Shown here one piece after another: positions 46,236-54,524 of a DNA stretch of 64,000 bases. The DNA is from Gammaproteobacteria bacterium. GTDB lineage: Bacteria; Pseudomonadota; Gammaproteobacteria; Pseudomonadales; Azotimanducaceae. Where the stretch lies: NCBI GenBank assembly GCA_016874135.1, contig VGVE01000006.1, forward strand, positions 1,085-65,084, written 5' to 3'. The first letter of the stretch is position 1; every line of letters begins with the position of its first letter. The position numbers and the translations under genes are program-made. A model generated the notes under the pieces. It did no database searches and was not told the DNA's origin. It saw nothing but the letters and a program-made list of their open reading frames with translations.

Positions 46236-48707
46236 CTACCCCGCACTCACATCCAGCGTCTGAATCAGGTTGTTCTTGACCAGGCCCTTCTCCCGCTTGC
46301 GCTCGTACTTCTTCGCCGGCGTATTGATGATCGGTGAGAGCTCTGCGGCGTTGAAACTGCGCCGATGCACATCACGGCTGACATCTCCGTAGGTGGTGCT
46401 GCGCTGGCGTGGCACACGGTTGGCACTCTTGATGATGCGGGTCATCTCCTCGGGAGATGTTTCCTGACCATGTAGCGTTCCTGCTGCACGGGAGATGCTC
46501 TCGTTCATCAGCGTACCGCCGAGATCGTTGCAACCTGCGTTGAGACACGCGAGCACACCCGCATGACCCATCTTCACCCAGCTCGCTTGGATATTGTGGA
46601 TATGCCCGTGCAGGACGATGCGCGCCACGCTGTGCATGAGCAGCGCTTCGCGGAAGGTGGGCCCGCGACGGGCCTTGCCCTTGAGGTACATGGGCGCTTC
46701 CATGTGGACGAAGGGCAGCGGAACGAATTCGGTGAAGCCGCCGGTGCGGGCCTGGAGGTCGCGAACACGAATCAGATGCCTCGCCCAGTGCACGGGTTTT
46801 TCCACATGGCCGTACATGATGGTGGCTGTGGTCTTGAAGCCGACCTGGTGGGCGGTCTCCATGACTTCGAGCCACTGCGCCGTATTGATCTTGTCCGCAC
46901 AGATGATGGCGCGCACTTCATCGTCGAGGATTTCCGCTGCTGTGCCCGGCAGCGTTCCAAGACCGGCTGCTTTCAAACGTTCGAGATAAGGGGCGAGTGG
47001 CATGCCGAGGGTCGCTGCGCCCTGCCAGACTTCGAGTGGCGAAAACGCATGGATGTGCATTGCCGGCACGGCCTGTTTCACGGTGTGCAGGATTTCCACA
47101 TAGGTGTCGCCGGTATATTCGGGATGGATCCCGCCCTGCATGCACACTTCCGTTGCGCCCCGATCCCAGGCTTCGGCGACACGGCGCGCAATTTCGTCCG
47201 GTGCCAGGTCATAGGGACGCCCGCGCAGATTTTCCGAGAGTTTGCCTTTGGAAAACGCGCAGAACTGACATTTGAAATAACAGATGTTGGTGTAGTTGAT
47301 GTTGCGATTAACCGCGTAGCTCACGGTCTCACCGTTCACCTTCGAACGAAGCGCATCCGCCGCGCGCACGACCGCAGAGAAGTCATCACCGCGCGCCGCA
47401 AAGAGTCGCACCACTTCTTTTTCGTTCAGTACCTCGCCCGTTGCGGCGCGATCCAGGGTCGACTGCAGGTCCGCAGAAACATGGCGTGGCTCGTGAATAA
47501 CGAGATCGAGCACATCCTTCGGCGGCTCGACCGGATCACCCGGGCTCCAGTTGTCGATTCGCGGAAAGCCTTCTGCGTCGATCCGGTTGAGAATCGACTC
47601 GTGCAGATCCGGATGCACCCAACGATCAAGATCACTCGCATATGCCGGATAGATCGTCAGTCTTTCCGTGAGGAATTTGCCCGCCGTCGCCGTTTCCCGG
47701 GCGAGTTCATCGAGGTGTGGCCAAGGCGCTTCCGGGTTCACGAAGTCCGGCGTCAGTGGAGATACGCCACCCCAGTCGTTGATGCCGGCGTGCACGATTT
47801 GCGGCAGTACGCCCGGGCTCAGGTTGGGCGGCGCCTGGATGCTCATCGATTCGCCGAAGATGATTCGGGCGACGGCGATCGTCCAGAGCAGCTCGTTCAG
47901 ATCTGGCTCCGGCGCGTTCACCATCTTGGTATCGGGCTTGGCGCGGAAGTTCTGGACGATGATTTCCTGGATATGTCCGAACTCCTGGTGGATCGCGCGG
48001 ATCTGCAGAAGAGAGTCGATCCGCTCCAGTCGCGTTTCGCCGATGCCGATGAGAATTCCGGTGGTGAACGGCACGCGTGCGATGCCGGCCTGACGCAGTG
48101 TTTCGAGGCGAACGGCCGGCACCTTGTCTGGTGAGCCGTAGTGCGGCATGCCTTTCTGCGTCAGCCGGTCGGAAGCGGACTCGAGCATGATGCCCATGGA
48201 GGGGGACACGCTCTTGAGCTTGGCCAGTTCGTCGGCGGTCAGATTGCCTGGGTTGAGATGGGGCAGCAGCCCGGTCTCTTCATAGACAGCCTTCGCTGCA
48301 GCGAAGAGGTAGTCGACTGTGGAGGCGTAACCCATCTGTGCAAGCGCTTCACGGGCCGCCTTGTAGCGCAGCTCCGGCTTTTCGCCGAGGGTGAACAGCG
48401 CTTCTTTGCAGCCGAGCTTTGCCCCTTCGGAAGCGACCTTCAGCACTTCCTCAATGGACATGTAGGGCGCCTGCACCTTGCGTGGCACCTGGGCAAAGGT
48501 GCAGTAGTGGCAGACGTCCCTGCAAAGGTGGGTGAGAGGCAGAAAGACCTTGCGCGAATAGGTGACCACGTTGTGAAATCCGCGGTCGCGAAGGGTTGCA
48601 GCCACATCGGCCAGCGCGCGGGTGTCTTCAAACCCGGCGAGCAGCCGGGCCTCGTCATCCGACGGAAGATAGCCTGCAAGCGCCTGCTCGAGCAGGTGAT
48701 CGACCAT
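46236..48707 (-). CDS. fbiC: Bifunctional FO synthase (fused CofG/CofH), 7,8-didemethyl-8-hydroxy-5-deazariboflavin synthase
   Basis: 823 aa with two radical-SAM cysteine boxes, CRDVCHYCTF (CofG half) and CYFKCQFCAF (CofH half). It sits with cofC, cofD and cofE. Confidence 0.9.
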   Translation of the reverse strand: MVDHLLEQALAGYLPSDDEARLLAGFEDTRALADVAATLRDRGFHNVVTYSRKVFLPLTHLCRDVCHYCTFAQVPRKVQAPYMSIEEVLKVASEGAKLGCKEALFTLGEKPELRYKAAREALAQMGYASTVDYLFAAAKAVYEETGLLPHLNPGNLTADELAKLKSVSPSMGIMLESASDRLTQKGMPHYGSPDKVPAVRLETLRQAGIARVPFTTGILIGIGETRLERIDSLLQIRAIHQEFGHIQEIIVQNFRAKPDTKMVNAPEPDLNELLWTIAVARIIFGESMSIQAPPNLSPGVLPQIVHAGINDWGGVSPLTPDFVNPEAPWPHLDELARETATAGKFLTERLTIYPAYASDLDRWVHPDLHESILNRIDAEGFPRIDNWSPGDPVEPPKDVLDLVIHEPRHVSADLQSTLDRAATGEVLNEKEVVRLFAARGDDFSAVVRAADALRSKVNGETVSYAVNRNINYTNICYFKCQFCAFSKGKLSENLRGRPYDLAPDEIARRVAEAWDRGATEVCMQGGIHPEYTGDTYVEILHTVKQAVPAMHIHAFSPLEVWQGAATLGMPLAPYLERLKAAGLGTLPGTAAEILDDEVRAIICADKINTAQWLEVMETAHQVGFKTTATIMYGHVEKPVHWARHLIRVRDLQARTGGFTEFVPLPFVHMEAPMYLKGKARRGPTFREALLMHSVARIVLHGHIHNIQASWVKMGHAGVLACLNAGCNDLGGTLMNESISRAAGTLHGQETSPEEMTRIIKSANRVPRQRSTTYGDVSRDVHRRSFNAAELSPIINTPAKKYERKREKGLVKNNLIQTLDVSAG

Positions 48708-48755
48708 GTGCTGTTCCCTCTTTACTGCTGCCGGACTGTTCCGGGTTGCGCCAGT

Positions 48756-49490
48756 TTATGGGCCGGGATGGCCACCGTTGGGAGGGCCATTATGGTGGTC
48801 GGCCAACCGGGCGGCTATACCCGATTTGTCCAAGTAAATACTGGTCTGGGTTTGCCGGTTGCTGCGGAGCAAGGTGACCAGATCGGCAGGTGTATCGATA
48901 TCCAGCTCGAATCCGGGCAGTGGGCAGATATCCGGATCGAGCCCGCGATCCCGCGCGGATTGCAGATGCGGCCTGAAACTTTTGCCGTCAAAGAGCAGAG
49001 GAATGGCGTCGCCCGGGGTCAGGATGAGCCCGTTGGTCCCAAGTTTTTCGTCGTCCGGCATGATCGTCACGCGCCGGTGGCTGCTGAGCGCGGCATCGAC
49101 TTCATCGGCCTTGAGCAGCGGAATGTCCGCAGGAACGATGAACACACCCTCCGCATCGAGATAGTCCCGCAGGTAGTCGGCACCCTGTTTGAGGGCGTCG
49201 GCGAGGTCTGCGTCCGGCTTTTCGGCAAAACGTTCGGTGCCAAACGCCTGGGCGAGGACATCGGCTTCCGGAGTGCGCGAGACAATCAGCGTGCCGCTCA
49301 GGTGGCTCGAGCGCGCAAGGGCGGTCAGGACATCCCGTGCCATAGCGAGCATCAGCAGACGCCGTTCTTCCGCCGACAGCACGTTGGCCAGGCGTTGTTT
49401 GGCGCTCTCGAGCGCCTTAAGGGGCACGATGGCCCAAATAGCTGGTTGAGAGATCGCGGGTTGAGAGATGGCCGGTTGACGGGTTTCCAC
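48756..49490 (-). CDS. cofC: Phospho-precursor guanylyltransferase of F420 biosynthesis (CofC/FbiD)
   Basis: 244 aa. WAIVPLKALESAKQRLANVLSAEERRLLMLAMARDVLTAL and ...GTNGLIL are typical CofC blocks. Located between fbiC and cofD. Confidence 0.8.
   Translation of the reverse strand: METRQPAISQPAISQPAIWAIVPLKALESAKQRLANVLSAEERRLLMLAMARDVLTALARSSHLSGTLIVSRTPEADVLAQAFGTERFAEKPDADLADALKQGADYLRDYLDAEGVFIVPADIPLLKADEVDAALSSHRRVTIMPDDEKLGTNGLILTPGDAIPLLFDGKSFRPHLQSARDRGLDPDICPLPGFELDIDTPADLVTLLRSNRQTQTSIYLDKSGIAARLADHHNGPPNGGHPGP
49439..49480. repeat. Short 15-bp tandem repeat encoding PAISQ-PAISQ-PAI at the 5' end of cofC
   Basis: The plus strand reads ...ctggttgagagat cgcgggttgagagat ggccggttgac.... 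The translation is METRQPAISQPAISQPAIWAIVPLK. Confidence 0.7.
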
Positions 49491-49550
49491 GTCGGACCTC
49501 GGTGACGATAGGCAGTGTGTTGGCTGGTTTGTCAGTGATACCAGAAACGA

Positions 49551-50480
49551 TCAGCGGCGCGGCAACCCTTCGAAAAAGTCCAGGCAGCTCTGCGCGAGTC
49601 CGATCCTATCTTTCAACGTTACCATGATGGTGCGGGTCACCACAGTCGCAGGACGGAGCTGCCCGTGCAACGCGGCATCCTGCTCATCAAGCACGAAGCC
49701 GTCGAGCAGATCTCCGTAGTGCGCGGCCACCTGGGCTGCAGTCGCGGGTACCTTCAGCTCCTGCATCATCTTCGCGGTGGGGCCTTTTATGGCTTTGCCA
49801 CCGACGATCGGCGAAACCGCAATCACGGGCAGGCGGGACAACGCAGCGCGCATACCCGGTACGGCGAGGACGGCATCCACAGACACAAAAGGATTCGAAG
49901 GACAAATCACGACGCCAGTGCACTCGGCGAGAAAGGCGCTGAGCACCGGCGAAAGCTTGGCGGCATCGATGCCTTCGAAGTGGAAGCCGGTGACCGCTGG
50001 CGCACAGCGGTCGCGAACAAAGTAATGCTGAAAGGCCATAGGCCCCTGCTCGGCATGCACGATGGTCCGTACCGGTTGATCACACATCGGCACCATCGTG
50101 TGTGTTATGCCGAGTTTTGTGGTGATCTCGCGGGTGACTTCGGTCAGCGTTGCGCCTGCACGTAACCGTGCAGTCCGATGCAGGTGCAGCGCGAGATCAT
50201 GATCACCGAGGCGGAACCAGCTTTCGCCACCCAGCGCCTCGAGGGAGTCGAGGCAGTTCCAGGTTTCACCCCGGCGGCCCCAACCGAGTTCGGTGTTGTT
50301 CAAGTCCGCTAGGGTGTAGGTGAGGGTATCGATGTCCGGGCAGATGTTGAGGCCCATGTGTTCGAAATCATCGCCAGTGTTGACGACGAAGAGTACTTCA
50401 TCAGGCGGCAGGATCTTCGCGAGGCCCAGGGCAAGTTTGGCTCCGCCCACCCCACCTGTGATCGCGAGGATCTTTCTCAA
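49551..50480 (-). CDS. cofD: FO 2-phospho-L-lactate (or analogue) transferase
   Basis: 309 aa. MRKILAITGGVGGAKLALGL, VVNTGDDFEHMGLNICPDIDT and ICPSNPFVSV are canonical CofD/FbiA blocks. Confidence 0.9.
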   Translation of the reverse strand: MRKILAITGGVGGAKLALGLAKILPPDEVLFVVNTGDDFEHMGLNICPDIDTLTYTLADLNNTELGWGRRGETWNCLDSLEALGGESWFRLGDHDLALHLHRTARLRAGATLTEVTREITTKLGITHTMVPMCDQPVRTIVHAEQGPMAFQHYFVRDRCAPAVTGFHFEGIDAAKLSPVLSAFLAECTGVVICPSNPFVSVDAVLAVPGMRAALSRLPVIAVSPIVGGKAIKGPTAKMMQELKVPATAAQVAAHYGDLLDGFVLDEQDAALHGQLRPATVVTRTIMVTLKDRIGLAQSCLDFFEGLPRR

Positions 50481-50510
50481 GTTGAAGTGCTCAGTCGACC
50501 ACGGGTGCGG

Positions 50511-51269
50511 TCACTTGAAGAGATCCTCTTCGAGCGGCCGGTTGATGAGTTGTGCCGTATCGGCGGTGTCGTCGGGCGGCAGGCCGCGCACCACTGCAGC
50601 TGGAATGCGTTCCGTGGTTTCACCCATCAGCAACGTGGCTGCAGTGGCAATCGCATCGGCACGGTTGATGAGCGTGACTTTGAGTTCGCGCCCGAAGATG
50701 TCATGACCGCCTCGGTGATCCTGCAAGACACGTACGCCTGCGGAACCGATCGCCGCTCCAATCGTGCCGAGTCGCCAGGGGCGATTGTGTGAATCCGTGA
50801 TGATCACGCCGCAGTGTTTGCCGGTGGCACCGTAGACCGCGGCGCGGATACGCGCTGCGGAGGCATCCGGATCCACGGGCAACAACAGCGCCGACTCACC
50901 ACCTCTGTGATCGACGTTCGACTGGTCAATGCCCGCGTTGGCCCCCACGAAACCGAGCCGGTGGCGAACGATGAGCGCACCCGGCCGAGTGCGCAGGATA
51001 TTGGTGCTTTCATCCAGCACCAGCTGGACCATACGCGGGTCCTTGTCCGTAAGCGTGCCGAGTTCGACGGCCTTGCTGCTGGCCGTTATCGAATCGAGCT
51101 TGATCTGTCGCCCTTCCGCCTTGGAAACGATCTTCTGTGCAAGGCAGAGGATGTCGCCGTCGATCAAGTCGATCCCGGCTTGTCGCAGACTCTGCAGCAG
51201 CAGGGTGGCGAGATCGTCACCGGGCTGCACCATCGGCAGCCCTTCGAGCGGAATGACGTGCATCGGCAT
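50511..51269 (-). CDS. cofE: Coenzyme F420-0:L-glutamate ligase, single-domain
   Basis: 252 aa. ...GDILCLAQKIVSKAEGR..., GFVGANAGIDQSN and GVIITDSHNRPWRLG. There is no C-terminal nitroreductase-like extension. Confidence 0.85.
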   Translation of the reverse strand: MPMHVIPLEGLPMVQPGDDLATLLLQSLRQAGIDLIDGDILCLAQKIVSKAEGRQIKLDSITASSKAVELGTLTDKDPRMVQLVLDESTNILRTRPGALIVRHRLGFVGANAGIDQSNVDHRGGESALLLPVDPDASAARIRAAVYGATGKHCGVIITDSHNRPWRLGTIGAAIGSAGVRVLQDHRGGHDIFGRELKVTLINRADAIATAATLLMGETTERIPAAVVRGLPPDDTADTAQLINRPLEEDLFK

Positions 51270-51270
51270 G

Positions 51271-51933
51271 TCAGTGATCGGGTTGACCGATGATCTTGAT
51301 GCCGGCGTGGGAGATTTCCCCGCCCCGGTTAATCTGGATGAGAATCGAGGTCAGTGCTTCCGCGGCAGCGGAGTTTTCAATCGGACCTGCGTGCCAGCCT
51401 TTCATGCCCGCTTCGCCGACCAGTTGCACCACGCGTTCGCGCGCGTCCTTCTTGTTACCGGCAACCAGCACATCACACTCGATCTGCACGTCATGCTGCA
51501 GCAGATGGGCGGCAATGTTCTGGAAGGCGGTCACGACGGAAACATCGTCACCCAGGAAGAGTTGGGCGCGTTTGCCTGCACTGCCTTCCGGTGGCATTTG
51601 CACCGTGCCGACCTTCGGAGGAACGAGTGGGACAGTCACGTCGATGAGGATCTTGCCCTTGAGATGCTGCTTCACCGCATCGAGTGTCGAGATCTGGTGC
51701 GCTGCCGGAACTGTGAGGACGACGATGTCGCCCGCGGCTGCGGCAGCTACGTTTTCCATGGCATCGGCGTTGGTGGAGGGGCTGATCTTTTTCAGTTCAG
51801 CAACCGCGGCCTGCGCTTTGTCGAGGGTGCGTGAGCCGATGACGATGCGGTACCCCGCTTTGGCCCAGCGGATGGCGAGGCCAGTGCCGAGATCACCGGT
51901 ACCGCCGAGAATGGCGATGGTCTCTTTGGACAT
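51271..51933 (-). CDS. npdG: NADPH-dependent F420 reductase
   Basis: 220 aa. IAILGGTGDLGTGLAIRWAKAGYRIVIGSR is the typical NpdG/Fno N-terminus. Its stop is 1 nt from the cofE start. Confidence 0.8.
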   Translation of the reverse strand: MSKETIAILGGTGDLGTGLAIRWAKAGYRIVIGSRTLDKAQAAVAELKKISPSTNADAMENVAAAAAGDIVVLTVPAAHQISTLDAVKQHLKGKILIDVTVPLVPPKVGTVQMPPEGSAGKRAQLFLGDDVSVVTAFQNIAAHLLQHDVQIECDVLVAGNKKDARERVVQLVGEAGMKGWHAGPIENSAAAEALTSILIQINRGGEISHAGIKIIGQPDH

Positions 51934-52043
51934 GAAGTTTCCCCGTGTTCGAAAAGATGTGCCTTGAAGTGCCCTCTCCGGAGGGCGTTCGCGAAAAGGC
52001 CGGGATTATGCCCGAAAGCCCGGAGAACTGGAGATTGCCCTGC

Positions 52044-52505
52044 TCAGGGCTTCCACACCTGCGGCGGTTTGCCTTGGGCCATAGCGGCGAGTGACCAGAC
52101 TTCAAGTCGCCAGGGTGTCAGGCGCAGAGCGCCAAAACTCTCGTCGGCATGCGACTTCCAGAACGCGGATGGGTCATAACCCACGGGCTCTGGCGTTGTT
52201 TTCAGGAGATTCCACAACCATGCGCGGGCATCCAGATCATCCTGTCACTCGGTCTTGCAGTCGATGATGGTCTGTTCGTGTTTCGGGTCCCGGTAGGTCA
52301 GTGAAACATGAGGATTGCCGGCGATGTGTTTGGCCTTGTGACTGTGTCGTCCGGTGGCGATCCAACCCGTTGAGCCATTCCAGACCGGATGCAGGATGCG
52401 TGATCGTGGTCGTCGGCGGGTATCGACGGTGGCGACGGTACACCACACGATCCGGGTGGTGATCTCTTTGAATTTGGCTCCGATATCGGCGGACTGGGTG
52501 GTCAT
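52044..52505 (-). pseudogene. PPOX-class split-barrel flavoprotein gene with a single in-frame TGA (nonsense mutation or read-through)
   Basis: The 86-aa ORF (...RPRSRILHPVWNGSTGWIATGRHSHKAKHIAGNPHVSLTYRDPKHEQTIIDCKTE) ends at the TGA at 52245-52247. The same frame continues for 66 more codons: QDDLDARAWLWNLLKTTPEPVGYDPSAFWKSHADESFGALRLTPWRLEVWSLAAMAQGKPPQVWKP, then a stop at 52044-52046. Joined, the product is a normal ~153-aa PPOX protein. Confidence 0.75.
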
Positions 52506-52626
52506 TGATTTCGGACAGTCATGGTATTGCGAGGAATTGTGCAGGGTTGATTGGCTGTGGTCGAGTTCGGGATGACCGTGGTCAATCTCCTTATACTGCC
52601 GACCAGATCATGGCCGGAGGGGGCTG

Positions 52627-53403
52627 ATGGAATCGAAACCAACCGTGATTGTGACGGGTGCCGGGTCCGGCATCGGTCGCGCTACGTCGTTGCGGTTTGC
52701 GCGTGAAGGATTCAGCGTGATTGCCAACGGCCGCAGGCATGAGGCGCTGGAGGAAACCACAGCTGCTGCCCGCGGGCTTTCCGGTCGGATCATTCCTGTT
52801 GCCGGAGATGTGGCCGTGGATGCGACTGCACAAAAACTCGTGACCGAAGCGCTGAACGCAGGTGATTTCGGCTGGCTGGTCAATAACGCAGGCATTGGCT
52901 GGAACTATGGCATAACCCATCCCGGTTCGATGGCCGCCACCCGTGATACGACACCCGATCAGTGGCGTGAGGTGATGCGGATCAATCTCGACTCGGTCTT
53001 CCTGCTTTGTCATGCGGCCTTGCCGCATCTGTGTGAGCGTGGTGGTGGTGGCATCGTTAATGTGTCGAGTGGTGGTGGCCTCAAAGGCATGGACGATGCG
53101 CATGCCTACGCAACCGCCAAGGCGGGCATCATTAACCTCACCCGCTCCATGGCGAAAACCTATGGACGCTTCAATGTCCGCTCGAATGTCATCGCGCCGG
53201 GATTCGTCGACACCGAGATGGTGGCGTCGGTGCTGGACTCCGGGATGAACCCGTTTGCAAATGAAGCGACCCGTTATCTCGTTTCCCCGCTGGGTAGACC
53301 AGGAACACCCGAAGAAGTGGCGGATGCGATTTTCTTCCTCACCGTGCAGGCGACATACTGCAATGGCGCGGTCTTGTCCATTGACGGAGGTTCGGTTGCA
53401 TGA
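52627..53403 (+). CDS. Short-chain dehydrogenase/reductase (SDR)
   Basis: 258 aa. VIVTGAGSGIGRA, NNAG and YATAK (YxxxK). Confidence 0.85.
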   Translation: MESKPTVIVTGAGSGIGRATSLRFAREGFSVIANGRRHEALEETTAAARGLSGRIIPVAGDVAVDATAQKLVTEALNAGDFGWLVNNAGIGWNYGITHPGSMAATRDTTPDQWREVMRINLDSVFLLCHAALPHLCERGGGGIVNVSSGGGLKGMDDAHAYATAKAGIINLTRSMAKTYGRFNVRSNVIAPGFVDTEMVASVLDSGMNPFANEATRYLVSPLGRPGTPEEVADAIFFLTVQATYCNGAVLSIDGGSVA

Positions 53404-54077
53404 GCTGGCAACACATCAGACCCGCAGATCTGGCCTGGCGCACAGTATCGCCAGGGTTCTCATCACGAGTGCTCACGCAGGACCCGTTTCCCGTGTACCA
53501 GTACCGGGTCGAGGCGCGAACGGAGGCGCCCCTCAAAGGGCTCGTGCTGGTGCAGGAAGGCAGTGGCGAACTCGTCGGTGGCGTGCGCGTTGCTGCTGGC
53601 GATCTCTTGTGGAGACGGGCAGCGGAACAGGTGAGAGCGGCCGGTGCAGGTCTCATCTGGTCGCAACTTGAACTGCCTGTGTCAATGCAACCCGGTGTCG
53701 GGTCCTTCAAGGTGGGGGTGGATGAAAAACCCTGGCAGGCGTTTGAAGATCCCGCCGGGCGACCCACACAACCGGTTCAGGTTCTCCTCGATAGTACACT
53801 CTCGGCGCTGCGCACACGGTTCGTTCCAACCTACGAAGCCGGCGAGCATTGGCATGACTTCGATACGCTGTATTTCATCACGGCAGGCGATATGCAGTTC
53901 GGATTTGAGGGGCAGTACTACACCGGAGATGTCCGGCAGGTGCGTGGCGGATTCAGTTACGGGCCGGAGAAGCCGGGGCCTTCCGGAGTTGAGTTCGTGC
54001 TCTTCAGCTGTGGTGGCTCTGTCAATCTTCATTGGAGCGATCTGGAACGATCACCCCATGGTGCACTCAGCCGCTGA
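53400..54077 (+). CDS. Hypothetical cupin-like protein
   Basis: 225-aa ORF overlapping the SDR stop by 4 nt (ATGA). ...GEHWHDFDTLYFITAGDMQF... looks cupin-like. The family is uncertain. Confidence 0.45.
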   Translation: MSWQHIRPADLAWRTVSPGFSSRVLTQDPFPVYQYRVEARTEAPLKGLVLVQEGSGELVGGVRVAAGDLLWRRAAEQVRAAGAGLIWSQLELPVSMQPGVGSFKVGVDEKPWQAFEDPAGRPTQPVQVLLDSTLSALRTRFVPTYEAGEHWHDFDTLYFITAGDMQFGFEGQYYTGDVRQVRGGFSYGPEKPGPSGVEFVLFSCGGSVNLHWSDLERSPHGALSR

Positions 54078-54086
54078 TTCTGGTTG

Positions 54087-54365
54087 TTAGTTGCCGACCC
54101 GCGAAGCGGCGATATAAACGCGCGCGCGTTTGGCCTTGTTGATGCAGCTCGGGAAACGGTCTATGACCTGCTGACCCTTGGCAGCGGCGAGAAGGCTTGT
54201 GGCCTTGGCATAACTGACCGTGCCGGAAAAACCCTCAGCCTTGGCGATATCGAGTTCCTTCCACCCTTGATCGACGAGGTTATCGCACGTAGCCCGCCCT
54301 TCCATGCGGCCAGCACAGCCTGCGGCCACCAGGATGAGCAGAAAAATTGAAACACGAATTGCCAT
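54087..54365 (-). CDS. Small lipoprotein of unknown function
   Basis: 92 aa. MAIRVSIFLLILVAAGCAG is a lipobox signal peptide. Confidence 0.5.
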   Translation of the reverse strand: MAIRVSIFLLILVAAGCAGRMEGRATCDNLVDQGWKELDIAKAEGFSGTVSYAKATSLLAAAKGQQVIDRFPSCINKAKRARVYIAASRVGN

Positions 54366-54524
54366 GCGGAACCCTCAGTCGGAAGTTTGCTTGGGGAGTA
54401 TGCCGTCCGAATCCCGGCCGAACAGCCAGCCGCCGGGATAGGCATCACGCTTCTGACCTGTACAATCGTCGCCCGCGAACGATTCGCAAACAGCACCAGC
54501 AAACAAGAAGAGACGGGAGTTTCC

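Noticed and set aside
45686-46246. The HtaA-domain gene as part of a haem-uptake system, using the longer 186-aa ORF
   Set aside because: It has no signal peptide or anchor, and no hmu/hta transport genes are nearby. The 34-codon N-terminal extension is Arg-rich and overlaps the fbiC stop. I therefore used the internal ATG and left the function open.
46563-49505. Two long plus-strand ORFs (523 aa and 454 aa)
   Set aside because: They lie opposite fbiC and cofC, whose radical-SAM and CofC motifs are unambiguous. The plus-strand translations are Arg/Gly/His-rich with no motifs.
52245-52247. The in-frame TGA as a selenocysteine codon
   Set aside because: The homologous position appears to be Trp, not Cys or Sec. 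By eye I see no stable SECIS-like hairpin in the 40 nt after the UGA. No sel genes are in the window. A nonsense mutation or read-through is more parsimonious.
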